DNA of 64,000 bases from Geosiphon pyriformis uo1. Its lineage: Eukaryota > Fungi > Glomeromycota. Below are positions 26,983 through 40,450 of this stretch, piece after piece (the stretch's first letter is position 1; every line of letters begins with the position of its first letter). The DNA lies in NCBI GenBank assembly GCA_016748015.1, contig JAAOMT010000096.1:257955-321954 (forward strand), in the 5' to 3' direction. The notes under the pieces are model-generated. The model was not told where the DNA came from and did no database searches. It saw nothing but the letters and a program-made list of their open reading frames with translations. The translations under genes and the position numbers were made by a program.

Positions 26983-27551
26983 TCTCATCATTCTCCCGAA
27001 AGATTACAAATTCAGTCAAAAATATAGCGACGACAATCGGAAAAGTGATGAATCCACCCCTATACGCAGCAATTATCGCATTGATAGTTGGAGCGACACC
27101 TACTTTAAAATCATTATTCTTTGGAAAGGCGGCACCATTTTACCCAACTATTACTCGTGCTATGATTTGTGTGGGTGATACAGCAGTACCACTCACCTTA
27201 TTAGTTCTAGGTGCACAATTAAGTAACATCCCAAGGTCAAAAGGTGGAAATTTATTCCCGGCTTTAGGTTGGGTAATGTTCTGCCGGTTCCTGATCATGC
27301 CTTTTATTGGAATCGGGATTGTCATGTGGACACGTGATTGGTTTTCGAATGATCCAATGCTTTGGTTTGCATTGATGTTCCTTGCGGCAGGACCTTCGGC
27401 AGTGAATTGTATCAATATAACCCAATTGACCGGAGCATTTCAAGAAGAAATGGCTGCTTTACTTTTCTATTCGTACGCTGCTGTGGCGCCTATCTTAACA
27501 GTTTCAGTGATGGTCATGTTCCTTGCGATTGAAAAGGCTAAACTCCCCTAA
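25839..27551 (+). CDS. Auxin efflux carrier / PILS-like (Mem_trans family) membrane transporter; join(25839..25874,25978..26058,26153..26526,26705..27551), ~445 aa
   Basis: Three GT-AG introns give one frame: MELWTYLFIIAQ-SCAQILLICVTGYTCARIG...GLSELTVNILMPCLLFSQV...FNNLTSLTLPL...RWTLG, a Ser-rich central loop, then MNPPLYAAIIALIVG...GDTAVPLTLLVLGAQL...RFLIMP...DPMLWFALM...GPSA. This is the two-TM-bundle architecture of the fungal/plant AEC-PILS family. Confidence 0.9.
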
Positions 27552-28049
27552 TCCTTTCATTTGAAATTCATCTTGTATATTTTCACTTTATTTAACGAAC
27601 ATTCGCAGTTTTATTGGATTTTTTATTTAACAATTTCCATAGTTTCTTTAAAAAATCTGGATATTTTTAGCCAAAAGCAACACTTCACTCTATTTCATCG
27701 AATTGTTGGTCAACAATGATGGACCGGAAAATATTAAACCTAAAAAAATCTGCATGCGTTATCATTTTTAGTATTTGTTTTTAACTTTGTAAAGTAAATC
27801 CTCATCAAATGATTTAATAAAAATGTGATCTCATAACTCCGGAAGCTGCTTGTGGCACCTCTAAAATTAATTTGTTTTTGCCTAATTAGCATATCGATTT
27901 CACACTTTTTGTAGTCATGAAACATGCGTTTTTGAAAAAATTTTCCATAATATAATTCAGATCATTCATTAAATTTAATTGAAGTCACGTGCAGTAACTT
28001 GGTGAAATTTGATTAAAAAAATTTTTAATCGCCGTTCCTTTCGTTCTTT

Positions 28050-29260
28050 TAATACCAAACAAAAGTGCTACTTAGCAGAAACGAACGATCAAGTATTTCC
28101 CCACACTGGCCTTTCATTCTTTCAGTCGCACGCAGTTCTGTGGGTATTAGAGATTTAGATATCTGTCCTATCTTTTTCGCTCTTTTATTTGCATGCTCGT
28201 CATGCACTAGATCCTTGAATATTACCGTTACCAACGGCGTTTCAGATTTTCTTCCACGTCACCGAAGATCTCCACGCGATTCTCTATTGGGTCTGTATCA
28301 ATTGTTCAGACTTGGTGAAATCTGGCGACCCACAGTATCCGGCACCCTCAGACAAATGTAGTGTTCTTGATTAACCTGGCCACCGAATATTAACCTTGTA
28401 AGTTCAATGCATGGCTCAATTTGTGATCCGAATATCTTCCTCTAAACTTTCCAGCACTTTTTTCTTACATGAACGAACACACAAACTGTCATACTATGAG
28501 TTTTAACTCTTTACCGTGATGTTATTATTTCTACACCATCTTTTTCTGAAGAATGGAACTGCCCCGACGGGCTCACAGATTTCTGACCGAAGCAGAATTG
28601 CTGAGCTAGCTATAAACATGGCTTGAATACTATCGGTAGTCACTACGCTGAAGTGACTGAAGTCGGACGGAAGATCATAAATTGGAAAAACCATTTCAGG
28701 GCGAGTGTACCTATTACATTAGTTAATTTAGCAATATTAGCTACCCTATTCCATCACCTACTAGCCTGCTGGTGCTGCTGGCAGTGAGAAAGGCCCGGTG
28801 CTTATTGGTGAGAACACCATAAATGGTGTTTCAGTGTACAATGTGGTCTGAAGAAGGTGATGTAGTTGTATATTCTGAAATGGGAGTGGCAATCCTGTAT
28901 ATTTCCATCTGGACTAGGGTTATCGGTTCTTGTCCCGACCCCTTCATTGCGACTTGAAATTTTTTGGTTTGGATTTGAAAATTGTGCATTCACTTTTCGT
29001 TGATGTTTCTGTGCCAGGTAAAAGTGCACAGATGCTTATGTGTGCTAGGGAAAACGATAGAACAAAGCTGCGGATGAAGAGGACAAAGTGAATAATCTGG
29101 CAATTTTTTTCCAGAAATTTGTATTAAATACTGTGTTGAAATGGCAACGAGCTTTTAAGGAAAGTGTTCTCATTTTATTCTTCACTTTTGCGGTTCAGAT
29201 TCAGACAGCCTGAACTACTTTTTAAGCTTCTTGCTCGCAAAGGAAGCTGAATTCAAATAT
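28050..29260. mobile_element. GC-richer island with probable degenerate LINE fragments (RNase H-like on minus; ORF1-like on plus)
   Basis: Minus strand near 28503-28710 reads YTRPEMVFPIYDLP...VVTTDSIQA, similar to LINE RNase H (STRAE...TDSQA). Plus strand 28970-29180 reads IVHSLFVDVSVPGKSAQ and KW...KESVLIL, weakly like ORF1 of the 45-kb LINE. Heavily frameshifted. Confidence 0.35.
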
Positions 29261-29952
29261 AATTTTTTATTTTATGTTTCGCTTTAAAAATAAACTTACA
29301 ATATTTCATATTGTTAAAATCCAACAAGTATGAAATTGCAAAATTCAATCTTGATTAATTTTATTATTTTAATATATAATAATTATTAAATATAACAAAA
29401 TACAAGAAAATACTTTTTAAAAATTATAATTACTAATTTTTTTGTTCTTGTTTTTCATTTTTGATAAAATAAACAAATGTTTGGCCCAATGTGTTAAAAC
29501 AGAGAATAAAAGAAATCTGATAATTTGCAACTTTTGAATCTTAACAATGGTTATTTTTATTCATTTCTTAATATGCAAGTCTTCCTTTTAAACCAGCTTA
29601 CTTTTTATAAGTGTTTTTTCTTTTGGCTTGTGATTTCAAAAAAGTTATACAGATGCTGCTTTTTTATTATTCTAAGTAAGAAAATGTGTTGACCAAGCAA
29701 AAAACTCACAACATAACATATTTACAAAATTTAGTTATATAAACAAGCAAAAAGCTTACAAAATAATATATTTCTTTTGTGTAAATAAAAATACACAACA
29801 TAATTTGCTTATCAATAAGCAAAAGACCAAATAATTTTAAATTATTTATTAGTTTAGTAAAAAAGTTTAAAATTTAATTATTAATAAGAAAAGATATAGA
29901 ATTTTATTTTAATTTTAATATTTTTTTAAATTTACATATTACTTTTTTTAAA

Positions 29953-29978
29953 ATATATATATATATATATATATATAT
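29953..29978. repeat. (TA)n microsatellite
   Basis: Directly visible. Confidence 0.9.
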
Positions 29979-32900
29979 TAGTTAAATGTTTTTAGTTTTT
30001 GAAAAATCAAATTATCCATTAAAAAAATATATATATGAATAAAATTTGTAAACAATTTTTTTACAACATATAAATATAATTGAAAATATTAAGAATTAAA
30101 TATAAATAAAAATTTTTAATATATAAAAATTATGAAAAAAATTATTTTTTATTATATAATTTTAAATTTATTTTATTTTTCTAGTATTTAATAACTTTAA
30201 AAAATAAATAAAAAGTTGTTATTTTAATAGTTTATTAGTATTATTTAAATTTTCATAATTATTAAAAGTTGTTTCTTTTTAGATTAAAAAAAATAACGTA
30301 TTAAAGTTCTTAAAATATTTATGTATTTTACAAGATATAACATTAATTAATATACTATATTCAAATTATAAGTTCAATAACAAATTTATGTAATATATAT
30401 ATGTTAAAAATTTCAAAATAGCTTATATTAAAATATTTTTAAAAAAAAATTATTATAATAAAAACATGAAGTTTATATAAAAAAGTAAGAAATATTACAA
30501 ATTAAATTATTAGTAATAAACAAATAATAAGACTTAATATTGAAATTTTAATTCTATAATTTTATTATAATTAAAATTGAAACATAACTAACGTATCACA
30601 TTTTTGATAAACTTAATCTTTACAAAGTCTATTTTTTTTAATATTTAAATAAACCAGTATAAAAACAAAATTATAAGAAAAGGTGTTGAAAGAATGCTTA
30701 GCATAGTTTTTAATAAAATTAAACAGTAAAAAGCATTTTTGATAAAGTTAATAAACAGAATAAAAAATACAAATATTTGTTTTCATTTATATTTAATATT
30801 TTCTGATTATTCGAATTAAATTTTATGGTATTCTATCAAAATCTAAATGCATTATAATATTATCATATAAATTTAGCTTGGAGATTTATTTTTAAGAGGC
30901 TATATTCAGAAATTTTAGTATTTTCTTTTTATTAATAAAAATTAGGAAATCGGAGGCTTATCAAACCATAAAAGATATTAAAAGAATCTAGCAGTAAACC
31001 AAAACAAAGAATTCCAAAAAATTTCTGGGAACCAAGCAAGTATTAGTGAAAAAGAAATAAAGGAACCAAATATCAATTAACAGAATATGGGAATAACAGC
31101 TATAATATTTTACTGCTAAGGAAAAAAAAGGGCTAGAGAAACTAACATAAAGAAAAAGGTGAAGAAATCAATATTTTTTAACTATGAACCATAGTTATTG
31201 TTCACTTTGGTTTGATCGTAGCATGACCTGAACAACTAAAAACTTGGATAGAAACACATTAGAAAATAAATTTAAAAGCAAATTATTAATCCTCCCTGAC
31301 CAAACTTTATTTTATATCTGAACTTTTTTTGGCTCAATAAAAAATTATTCAAGAGTGTTCCTGAATGTATAAGATTATTAACGTGTTTTATTATGAATTC
31401 TCTGATGGAAGAACATATTTTTAATTCAGATGTTTTTTGAAGATTCGATAAGACTTAACAAGAGTTTTGCCAATCCATGGTGTGAACCGATTTTTTTTTA
31501 TGAAAATAGCCTGGACACTATATATTCACTATGAGAATTGTTTAATGAATTCGCGAAATTTTTGCAACGAACCACTTTTGTTGTTCAAAATAGATAAAGC
31601 AGAAATGAATAAGTAAACATATCGGAGGACTTGACAAAAACCCAAGAAAAATAATATTTGTCATGATTGTTGCCTCTACCGGATTCAATAAATGGATTTC
31701 ATTTTCCAATAATCTAAATATATTTATTTTTATATAATTGTTTTTTGAGGAACTTGTCCATTAAAAAAATGATCAATAGACTTAGGTAGATTCGGTGGGT
31801 CTTTTCAAAAGTTTTTGAAATATACCATACTTTTGATTATGATGTCACCATATATTGATTTTAGGCGATTTGAACTTATAATAATACTGTCTGTATATAA
31901 GTTATCCTGCAGAAGACAATCTTTTTCTTTGAGAAATGGAAAAACTAGGGAGGCCATAGAATCAAAGTTTTGGTTTGTTGATTTACTCAATTGATATGTA
32001 AATGTTGCACCGTAAAAAGACCTAAAGGCAAAATTGGTTTTTACGAATTAGTTTTATACCAAATTTTTGAAACGAAATTTTTTCTACTATGCAGAAATTC
32101 GTATCTGCATTTATTGGGAGTATTTGTATAATCATAGTTGACATTCAATTGTCTATAAATTTTATAGTTCAAGGGACAAAATGTTCTTTTAAAACATTTT
32201 TTTACAATTATTCTGATTTCAAGACTTTTAGTGAAATGTAATTTGTTGTAACTTGAAAAAAATAAAATTGTCACCTTGTGGCAAAAAATGAAACTCAAAC
32301 CATTTCATCGGTCGTTATAACAACTTATCGACTCTCTTCAAGAAGAAATCACTTTCCTTTTCATCGGTCAATAATTTCATTATTTGCTAAAAAAAACTTT
32401 TATTGAATTAATTCTTCAAAATATTATATCAAGAGATGGTTAACCACAAAAATTTGATTATTAGGCGAAAAATAAATCTTAAATCATGAATATAAAAATT
32501 TTCCATTCGAGTTTTTTTATTCATTTAAACTAATTTTAATCTCGCTTTTCTGCTTTAAATATCAGAACACAAAGATTTTGAATGTCAACCAAAATTAGAA
32601 AAATTCCTTATAAAGGCTGCTGCTCTGATATATAAAACCAAAGGGGAAACTTAAAGAAATAATTGTTTATTATAAAAATATTTTTAACATTAACCCTTTT
32701 TAAGGAATATATAACTGAATACAGCTCTACTTTGGTCAAATATTATCCGAACCATATCACATGCAACAGCAGAGTATAATTTATTTTGACCTGCACCAAA
32801 AACCCATCTATATTGAAATATCTCGAGGGAAATTCCGTTTGCAGATTCGATATACACAATTATTTTTATTAATCTGGATATCTAGCGAGCCAAAAGCCAT

Positions 32901-33589
32901 TGTTCTTAAGATTCCAAGTTTTTAAAGAAATTTGTTCAATTTACAAGTTTGATTTAGAGTAAAAATCAGTTTATGTAGTTTTGGAATTTTTCCCTTGGTA
33001 TTAAAAATAATTTTTTGTTGCAAAATTTTTAAACCTTCGTATTTTGTTTTATAATAATTTATTCAATGTATAGAATAATAAATCTGAATTTTCTAAGCTG
33101 CCATTCATAATTATCATAATTTCGACTTTATTGTTAAAATCCTTATATTTGAAAAGGCGAGCTCACTCACATTTTATAATCAGTAATTAAATACCTTTTT
33201 GAGATCATAAGTGACTTAAATTTTTGATCTATAGAGCTATGATTAAATAACATTCAATTGTTATATTCCTTTTTCGTAAACATGTATTAACCGCTTGTGG
33301 TGATAATGAACAAAAGGTAGGCGTTTTAAGGTAGCTTTTGTTCTCTCTACTAACGTAGTCATCATTTTAAGATCTCAATGGGTTTCAAAGTGTCTGGATT
33401 TATTTCATAAAATGATAATTCTTGGAATACAAGTAAAAATTTTGGACAAAATTCCTAACAAATCCTTCGAATCTTAAACTATCTCAAATTTATAGCCTAA
33501 GAATAATTTTAGGCCAATAAAAAGTGATTCATGCTGGGTAATTAATGATTCAGAACCACTAGATTTCCTGCTCAAGGTCTAATATCAAT

Positions 33590-34979
33590 CTAAACCCTGA
33601 TTTCGATGTTTCCAAATACTTCCGGGATCTTATCAAACCCAACCCATCCACACAAAGGTGTATCTCCAATCACGTATTGTGTTCGTTTATCGAAGAACAA
33701 TAATCCATCTGGCTCATATCCAAATTGTTGAGGATTTGTGATCAGAGAAGAAAGCTCTTCACCACCACAACAATGAATATCTAGTGGTTTAAATTTATAT
33801 AATGAGGTCTTTCCGCTAGGAGGTTCGAGCTCACTAAGTTTTGTTCGAAGCCAATAAAACCTTTTTATTATCATATTTCAATATAAATATGTGAGATAAG
33901 GGAACATTAGTCAAAAATCATTCGCAAGTTGATGTACTTGGTTTACCTGAATTCGGTATCACAATCATAAACAGTATGCCCCTTCCAGCACATCAAATCC
34001 AAAACATAGTAAGTCGCTGTATTTTCATCGAATACGCAGTCCAATATGCAATAATCACTCGTTTTATTTCCATTATAAAGGCTTGATCCACCTGGTAGAT
34101 TGGATTCAAAGAGATGCATTATGCGCCCTAAAAATTAAATTAAAAAGTTTTTAGCAAGTATTTAGAAGTAAGAATGTTCTCAAATATATATGTATTACCA
34201 CTTCGAAATCTACTTATAGTCATCCCTACCGAAAAAAAAAGAAAATTTAAAATTCCTGCAATTGGCTGGAGGATTCGAGATTATTTTATTTCATGAGAAT
34301 GACTTACCCTTAGCGCTGGTTACAAGACAACGCTTGCCAACAGGACACATCACTACATACCAGTTGGCTTCCAAATCGTTTGGAACTCCTTGCATGCATT
34401 CAGCATACATTAATTGATTCCTTGATAATATTGAGGGAATAAATATTTTGTAGAATTATTCAAGAAAATTATATAAAAATAAAAATACTATACCTGTATG
34501 GGTTCCCACCTTTAGTTTTGCGCTTACCACCCCTTGTCTTCCTTTTTATTTCTCGAGTTTCATTTTCGGGTAAGAAAATTTCATGATCCATAAGGTCTTG
34601 AGCTTCTTTTGACTTTTTTTCATCGACTTCATCATCATTTTCCACTTCTTCATCTGAGAATTCTTCAAAAATCGGCTTGAAAAGAGCTAAATTTCGTGCA
34701 AGATCTGTGAAATCCCGGCGGCGCTAAAAGTGTAGAAATTGATCCGAGTTCTAGATATATTTCTTCTCTAAAAGATGCGATCAAATTGCAAAAATATTTT
34801 TATACTCTTTGTTGTTCTTCTAAAGCTTTTCGGCGTCTTTCTTCTTGATTTTCTTCTTTACTTTGTCTTATCAAAGGAGACGCTTTATATAAATATTGCC
34901 GGGTGTTTACTGGCTTTGCAGTTACTGTACTTTCGGCGAGTAATTCTGTGATTTCATCGATATTTGATGAGCTCTGCAT
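33590..34979 (-). CDS. SNUPN: Snurportin-1 (m3G-cap snRNP import adaptor); complement(join(33590..33860,33947..34127,34199..34225,34308..34420,34494..34723,34806..34979)), ~331 aa
   Basis: Five GT-AG introns give a continuous frame. It has an IBB-like region (QEERRRKALEEQQRRRRDFTDLAR) and cap-binding domain motifs NQLMYAE-C...VPNDL...WYVVMCPVGKRCLV, LPGG, ILDC...YYVLDLMCWKGH...DCDTEFRFYWL, DGLLFF and TPLCGW. Confidence 0.93.
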
Positions 34980-36110
34980 ATTCGGTTCGTTGACCGTTGA
35001 TTCTTCAATCAAAAATAAGAGGGGATTTAGAAAACCATAATTTGGAGAACTCAGACAGTTCAGTTAACCAAAATTTTTCATAAGGATATTTCATTGAAAA
35101 TGAAAGCAAGTCCATGGATCATTCTTATATATGTCAACTTTTGGGAAATACATACTTTTATGACCATGAAAATGATGTTAGATTCTTCAGGAACTGATGA
35201 CTCAACGTTCTGATGATGATGATTTTAAATGAGCTAATAAAAGAATAAAAATCTTCAATTAAAACATCAGCTTTCCGATCACAGAATTTATAATAGCCTG
35301 AAAATCAGAATCAAAACGCTCAATGATTGAAAAGGTTTATAAACTGTAGAGGAGTACTACAATTTCGGATCGGCTATCCAAAGTGAAAATATTAATCGAA
35401 CATATACAAATAGTTGGGTTTCACAAATGCTGATCAATATACAGGAATTGCGGACTAAATTGCTTATGTAAATATTTTCTCGGAAACGTTAGGCATTTTG
35501 AAATTGCGGACATTTTTTGCAAAGAAATTATCAAAATCCTTTTAAACATTATTTCTAGTGACTAAGAATTTCAGGTCCGTCGACGTCTAAATACTGTAAA
35601 AGTTAAGAGAGTAGAAGCTCATTTCATCCAAATCTTAGCCTCTTTCTTCCCTTAGAGGGGCAAGCGTTATAATAGCTACGAATAAAAAATTCATTTTCTA
35701 TTATGATTTTCCTTCTTTCATGTTTTGAATTTTAGAATTTGAATTCAAGGATCCATATTACACGGACGCAAAAATTATTTACAATTTTGGTTTGATGAAG
35801 GGATCAATGAAAAGCTGACTTCAGCGTAAAATCAACACCTTGCTGAGGTAGGAACCCATGGAAAGATGGGAAATCGTTAAATTACCCGTTGCGACACCTT
35901 CGAAAGTAGGACGCTCTCGACATGAGTATTTAAATAAACAATACCTTAAAGAAATCATCTCTCTCTTGAAAATCCTGTATTCTTTACTTATATTTATATA
36001 TCAGAAAATAGTGAAGATAATTTAAACGATTCTACTTTTAAAATATATCGAGGGGGATTTATTCACGGACTTATGGGTAACTGTACAAAAATTTTGCGGA
36101 AAAAATATTC

Positions 36111-37374
36111 CTAGTTCATAGAATATTTTTTCTTTTTCGTCGGCCGTAATGCATATCCGGTACGTTGAGTCCTTATGAGTCCGTATTCGTGTTCTCTTTC
36201 CGAACCCAAATTTATTTTCTCAATAATTTTATCGATATCCGAAAAAAATCTGTCTCTTTTTTTGGATGGTGACATGCTAGTACATATGACAATTTCGTGA
36301 TTTTCTTTTTTCCATTTTTTTCCAATAAGAGAACTTTCGTGACTTCTTTCGGCAATTTGTTTATTGCTCAATGATATATCAACTTCCATTTGTGCGGAGT
36401 CATCTTCTGCTTCGGCTATTGTGGGACTTTTTAATTCGAAGGAATCTTTAAATGTAGCTAAAGTTGAAAACCGTTGTAGATTTGCAATCGCCAACCCATT
36501 TTCCTCATCAATATTTTTTTTAATTTTTCCCGAGTTCAAAAATTTATTACTGATAGCACGACAGTAATCCCAATATTCGCGCTCTAGGTTGACTGCCATA
36601 TTTTTCTTTGCCTGATCACTTTTCTTCTTTAACCACCGTTCTTTGATTTTAGGCTCAAGTGAAATGTATTTATTCAGGGATTTAGTGACCGATGGAAGCC
36701 AATAATATTGAACCCCATCTCCAAACAAGTCTCGTTGCGTAATGGGAACCAATATGGAGATAAACTCCTGCGGTATGTCCCAATCTTTAACAAGTTTTTG
36801 TTGACTGGAAATTGTAATATAGGAGATGATAAAACGAATCAAAATCTTATATCTATGATTAAGGCAATAAATTTATGAAATCTCACCTAATAATGTTTCG
36901 GTTTAGACAGCTCGTACAGCACCTGATTTTAGGAACCCAATAAATCAAAGCTTCATCTTTGGTATCATGACAAAGTTGGCATTTAATCACGCCAAATACT
37001 AAATTTTGATAAGCTTGTTCTGATACACCGATTGGCGGAGAAATTTGTAGGAAATTTGAAAATTGTTTCCGCGAATTCCCCCAAATTTGTTGGGTGAGCG
37101 TATCAATTGGTGAACCCAGTAATTCTTCAAAGAACTTACAGGTCAACCTTAAAGAGCAAAGGTCTGATGGAGGTAAGAAACTACAAATATTTGCAAATAT
37201 TTCTACCGAGTTCACTTTCTGTTGTGTTTTCGAGGTTTTGCTTGATTGGAACCAATTTACTAATGAAGTTACTGTCGGTATTTGATTTTTTTTAAAATCA
37301 GATGGTTCTGCAAAAAACATAGTATTGGTTTCCTTCTCTGGGGTGTTTGATTTCATTATTTTTGTAACTGTCAT
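36111..37374 (-). CDS. F-box protein with CxxC...CCxxC motif, paralogue of 13391..14571; complement(join(36111..36804,36887..37374)), ~393 aa
   Basis: EIFANICSFLPPSDLCSLRLTCKFFEELL..PIDTLTQQIW..SR; CQLC..IYW..IRCCTSCL. Intron 36805-36886 is at the same phase-2 Ser position as in the paralogue. The C-terminus is basic (PTKKKK). Confidence 0.85.
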
Positions 37375-39599
37375 TTGGATGGTATTTGTCACAAAAAAAC
37401 AATGAAATTTCTCAATCTACAATTATGGTCAAGAAATCAATTAGTCAAAATGAAAGGGAGTTTGATTGTTTAAGCCTACCGAATAAGAATCTCTTTGCTT
37501 ATTAGAAATTTTCCACCTTTATAAGGTAGTTGGGATATCATGCCAACGTCCATCCTCACCTGAACAGTCCACATGTTTACTTATTGTGGTCTGGTCTTAT
37601 TTTTATTTGTACGACCTGCCTTGCAGCCAATTCAAGAAACAGAACCCGAAATCGCCCATTTTTTGATCAATGATTGCAATGAACAATAAACCTAATCTTC
37701 ACATGAGTGATTCTTTTACTGAGGCTTGAGTTTTGGGATCCTTAAATTTTTCATAAACAGAAGAATAAATAATTTTCTCAATGTGCCAAAAATATCTGGT
37801 TGATATTTTTTATTTGTTTTTTAAGAATTACCCAATCTTCAGTTAGTAGGGCGTAAATTTACGTAACATTTGATCTGATGAGAAATATCAATGAACTAAT
37901 TAAGATCCTGTGATAATATTTTTCCTTTTTGATTTATGGATTCATCCGATTGTTCCCAGTTGAAGAAGAAAAAAACCAATAATCACCTTAGTATTTTTCG
38001 TTTTCAGCGCTCTCGATGACAGATATTTATTGCTACAATAAATATAGTTTTTCTGGAGTAGCTTCTTAAACTAGTTAGGGGATTTTCAAATTTTTAAATA
38101 GGGAGAGTAACGTCATGATTAGTATGACAATTTGAGCTAGACTTTGAAAAAAAAATTCGCAGATACGTCATAACTGACTTAATTCCATTTCATATTTAAG
38201 GAATTTAGGACAAAATTTAAAATTTATGTTTTTTAAAATCAATTTTTTGATGACATTTGGTTATTCATACCTCTTTGATCTTTAATGTTCTCTTTCTATA
38301 CTTTTTTTTTCACTCCGAATAAAAAATAATTCTTTCTAAAGTTCTTCTCTCGGCACTAAAAGGTAACCCTCACCTTTATCATATTAGTTTTTCTTTTTGA
38401 GATGTTGAACTAAAAAGAAAGTTAAATTTAAGTTAAAAAAATTTTAATTAGGGTGCTATCTTTTAGTGAATTCTATACTTTGTTTACATTTAAAGCACAC
38501 TTAGCGACTTGTTTATTATTAGTAATGGAATTTTTATGTTAAAATTAATTTTGCAAGAGAGGTTTGGTAAAAACGTTAATCCTAAAGTTTTATTTGATAA
38601 TTAAAAAAAACTTTATTACATTTAAAAGAAATTGTTTTTTCTGTTTTAAACTTAACTGTTAAAAATCTAAAGAAAAAAATTGTCCATTTTTAGTTTAATG
38701 TTAATTTGTGCTCTCAAAAATTGAACAAGAAATATCAGTTATAGAATATAAGTTAAATTAATTATTATTTATTCCTAATGTTTATAATTCTTTATTATTA
38801 ATGCTAAGCATCCATTACTTTTATTGTGTTTTAATAGTATTTATTTACAAGATATTTATTTTTTGATCAAATTTAAAATGTTTTTTGTTAATATATAGTT
38901 AAATTGTTTAATTAATTTCAATTGTAATTAATTTCATATTTTCTGTTTTTATCAAAAAAAATTAAGTTGACAATTTTTTATTGATCATTAATTTTTCTTT
39001 AATAATACTTATTATTATATTAAAAAACAATTTTTTTTATAAAAGCAAATAATTTTATATATATTATTTGTACTTTTTAAAACACCAAAAAAATTTTTTA
39101 TAAATGAATGATTGTTAATTTTAATGTGTAAAAAGTATTATTATTTTTGTTATAAAAGTATTAAACATTTTTATTGTTGTTTTATATATTGTTTTATATT
39201 TTAAAAATTTAATATTTTATAACAAGTATTAACTTTAAATATTGTTTAACAATTTGAATACATTAATAAAATTTTAAATTATTAATTATTAATTAAAATT
39301 ATATAATTTTACAATAATTATAAACAATAATAATTAAATAAATTTAATTTAAATTTTATTATTTATATATTTATTATTTAATATAAGAAATATTTAAACT
39401 TATTTATTCTCTTATGTTTTTTGTTTTTTTATTTTTATTAAATTTTTATTAAAAAAACAATTATTTAATAATTTAATTTATAAATTTAAATACAAAGTCA
39501 TTTTGTTTGATTTTAACAATATATTAAAAAAAATATATAAATTAATTTAAAAAATAGTAAAAAAATATTATTTTTAATATAATTAACTTTTTTTTCTTA

Positions 39600-40450
39600 T
39601 ATTTTTATAACTATAAGCAAAGTAAAAAGTAAAAAAAAAGCAATCACAATTTTTTTGGTAATTAATAAGAATGTTATCAATTAAAAAACTTTTTTAATTC
39701 TAAAAACAGCTAAATAATATTTTGTAAAAGCAATTTTTTTAAGACTTTTAAATACAAATTAGTAGTTAAATTATTAAATTATTAAATTTGTTATAATATT
39801 TAATTTAATTTTTATTTTTATTTTTATTGTTTTTTAAAAGATTTTTTTAAATATAAATAAAGTTTTAAATCTTAATTTAAAATCTGTTAATATGTTATTA
39901 TATATTTTAAAAGTTCTAAAGCTGCTAAAACTACTATAGTTTATTAATTAATATTGGTAAAAAAAAATAATATTTGAATTTTTTCAATTAAAAAAAGTTA
40001 TTATTTTATATAATATTTTAAAACCAAGTTAATTAATCTTTTTTTTGGTTCTATTATTTCTAAAATTAATTTAAATACATAATTAAACTTGTTTTATTTT
40101 TTGGTTTTTATTATTTTCAAGTTTCAAAATAAACTTAATTTGTTATTATTTAAATAATTATTTTAAAAAAGTTGTATTTAGTAAAAAGTTTTTAAATTTT
40201 TTTTTTGTTTTTTATTGTATTTTATTTTTTTATAAGTTATTTTATTAATTTAAAATTTTATGTTAAACTATTATTAAATTTGTAATAATTTATAATACAA
40301 ATTTTAATAAAGTGTTTAGTTTTAGATTAAAATGTTTAAAGTTTAAAGTTTAAATTAATTTGCTTATTAAATTTTTTGTAATTTAAATTATTTTTTTGAT
40401 AAATATAAAAAAAGACTTTTTTTATAAAAACTTGTTTTAAAAATTTTGTA
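39600..40450 (+). mobile_element. Hypermutated 'ghost' LINE ORF1 fragment
   Basis: 39879-39989 reads KIC*YVIIYFKSSKAAKTTIVY*LILVKKNNI*IFSI, then FKTKLINLFFG and TCFI. This is collinear with the ORF1 motifs (G)LWQKVIV..WSILIGKNAV..FRALLYTLSVG..KTCVI of the LINE at 46200-46440 once G>A/C>T changes are reversed. Boundaries are approximate. Confidence 0.6.

Noticed and set aside
31805-32400. Minus-strand ORF fragments of gene-like composition
   Set aside because: Non-ATG starts, stops between fragments and no recognisable family.
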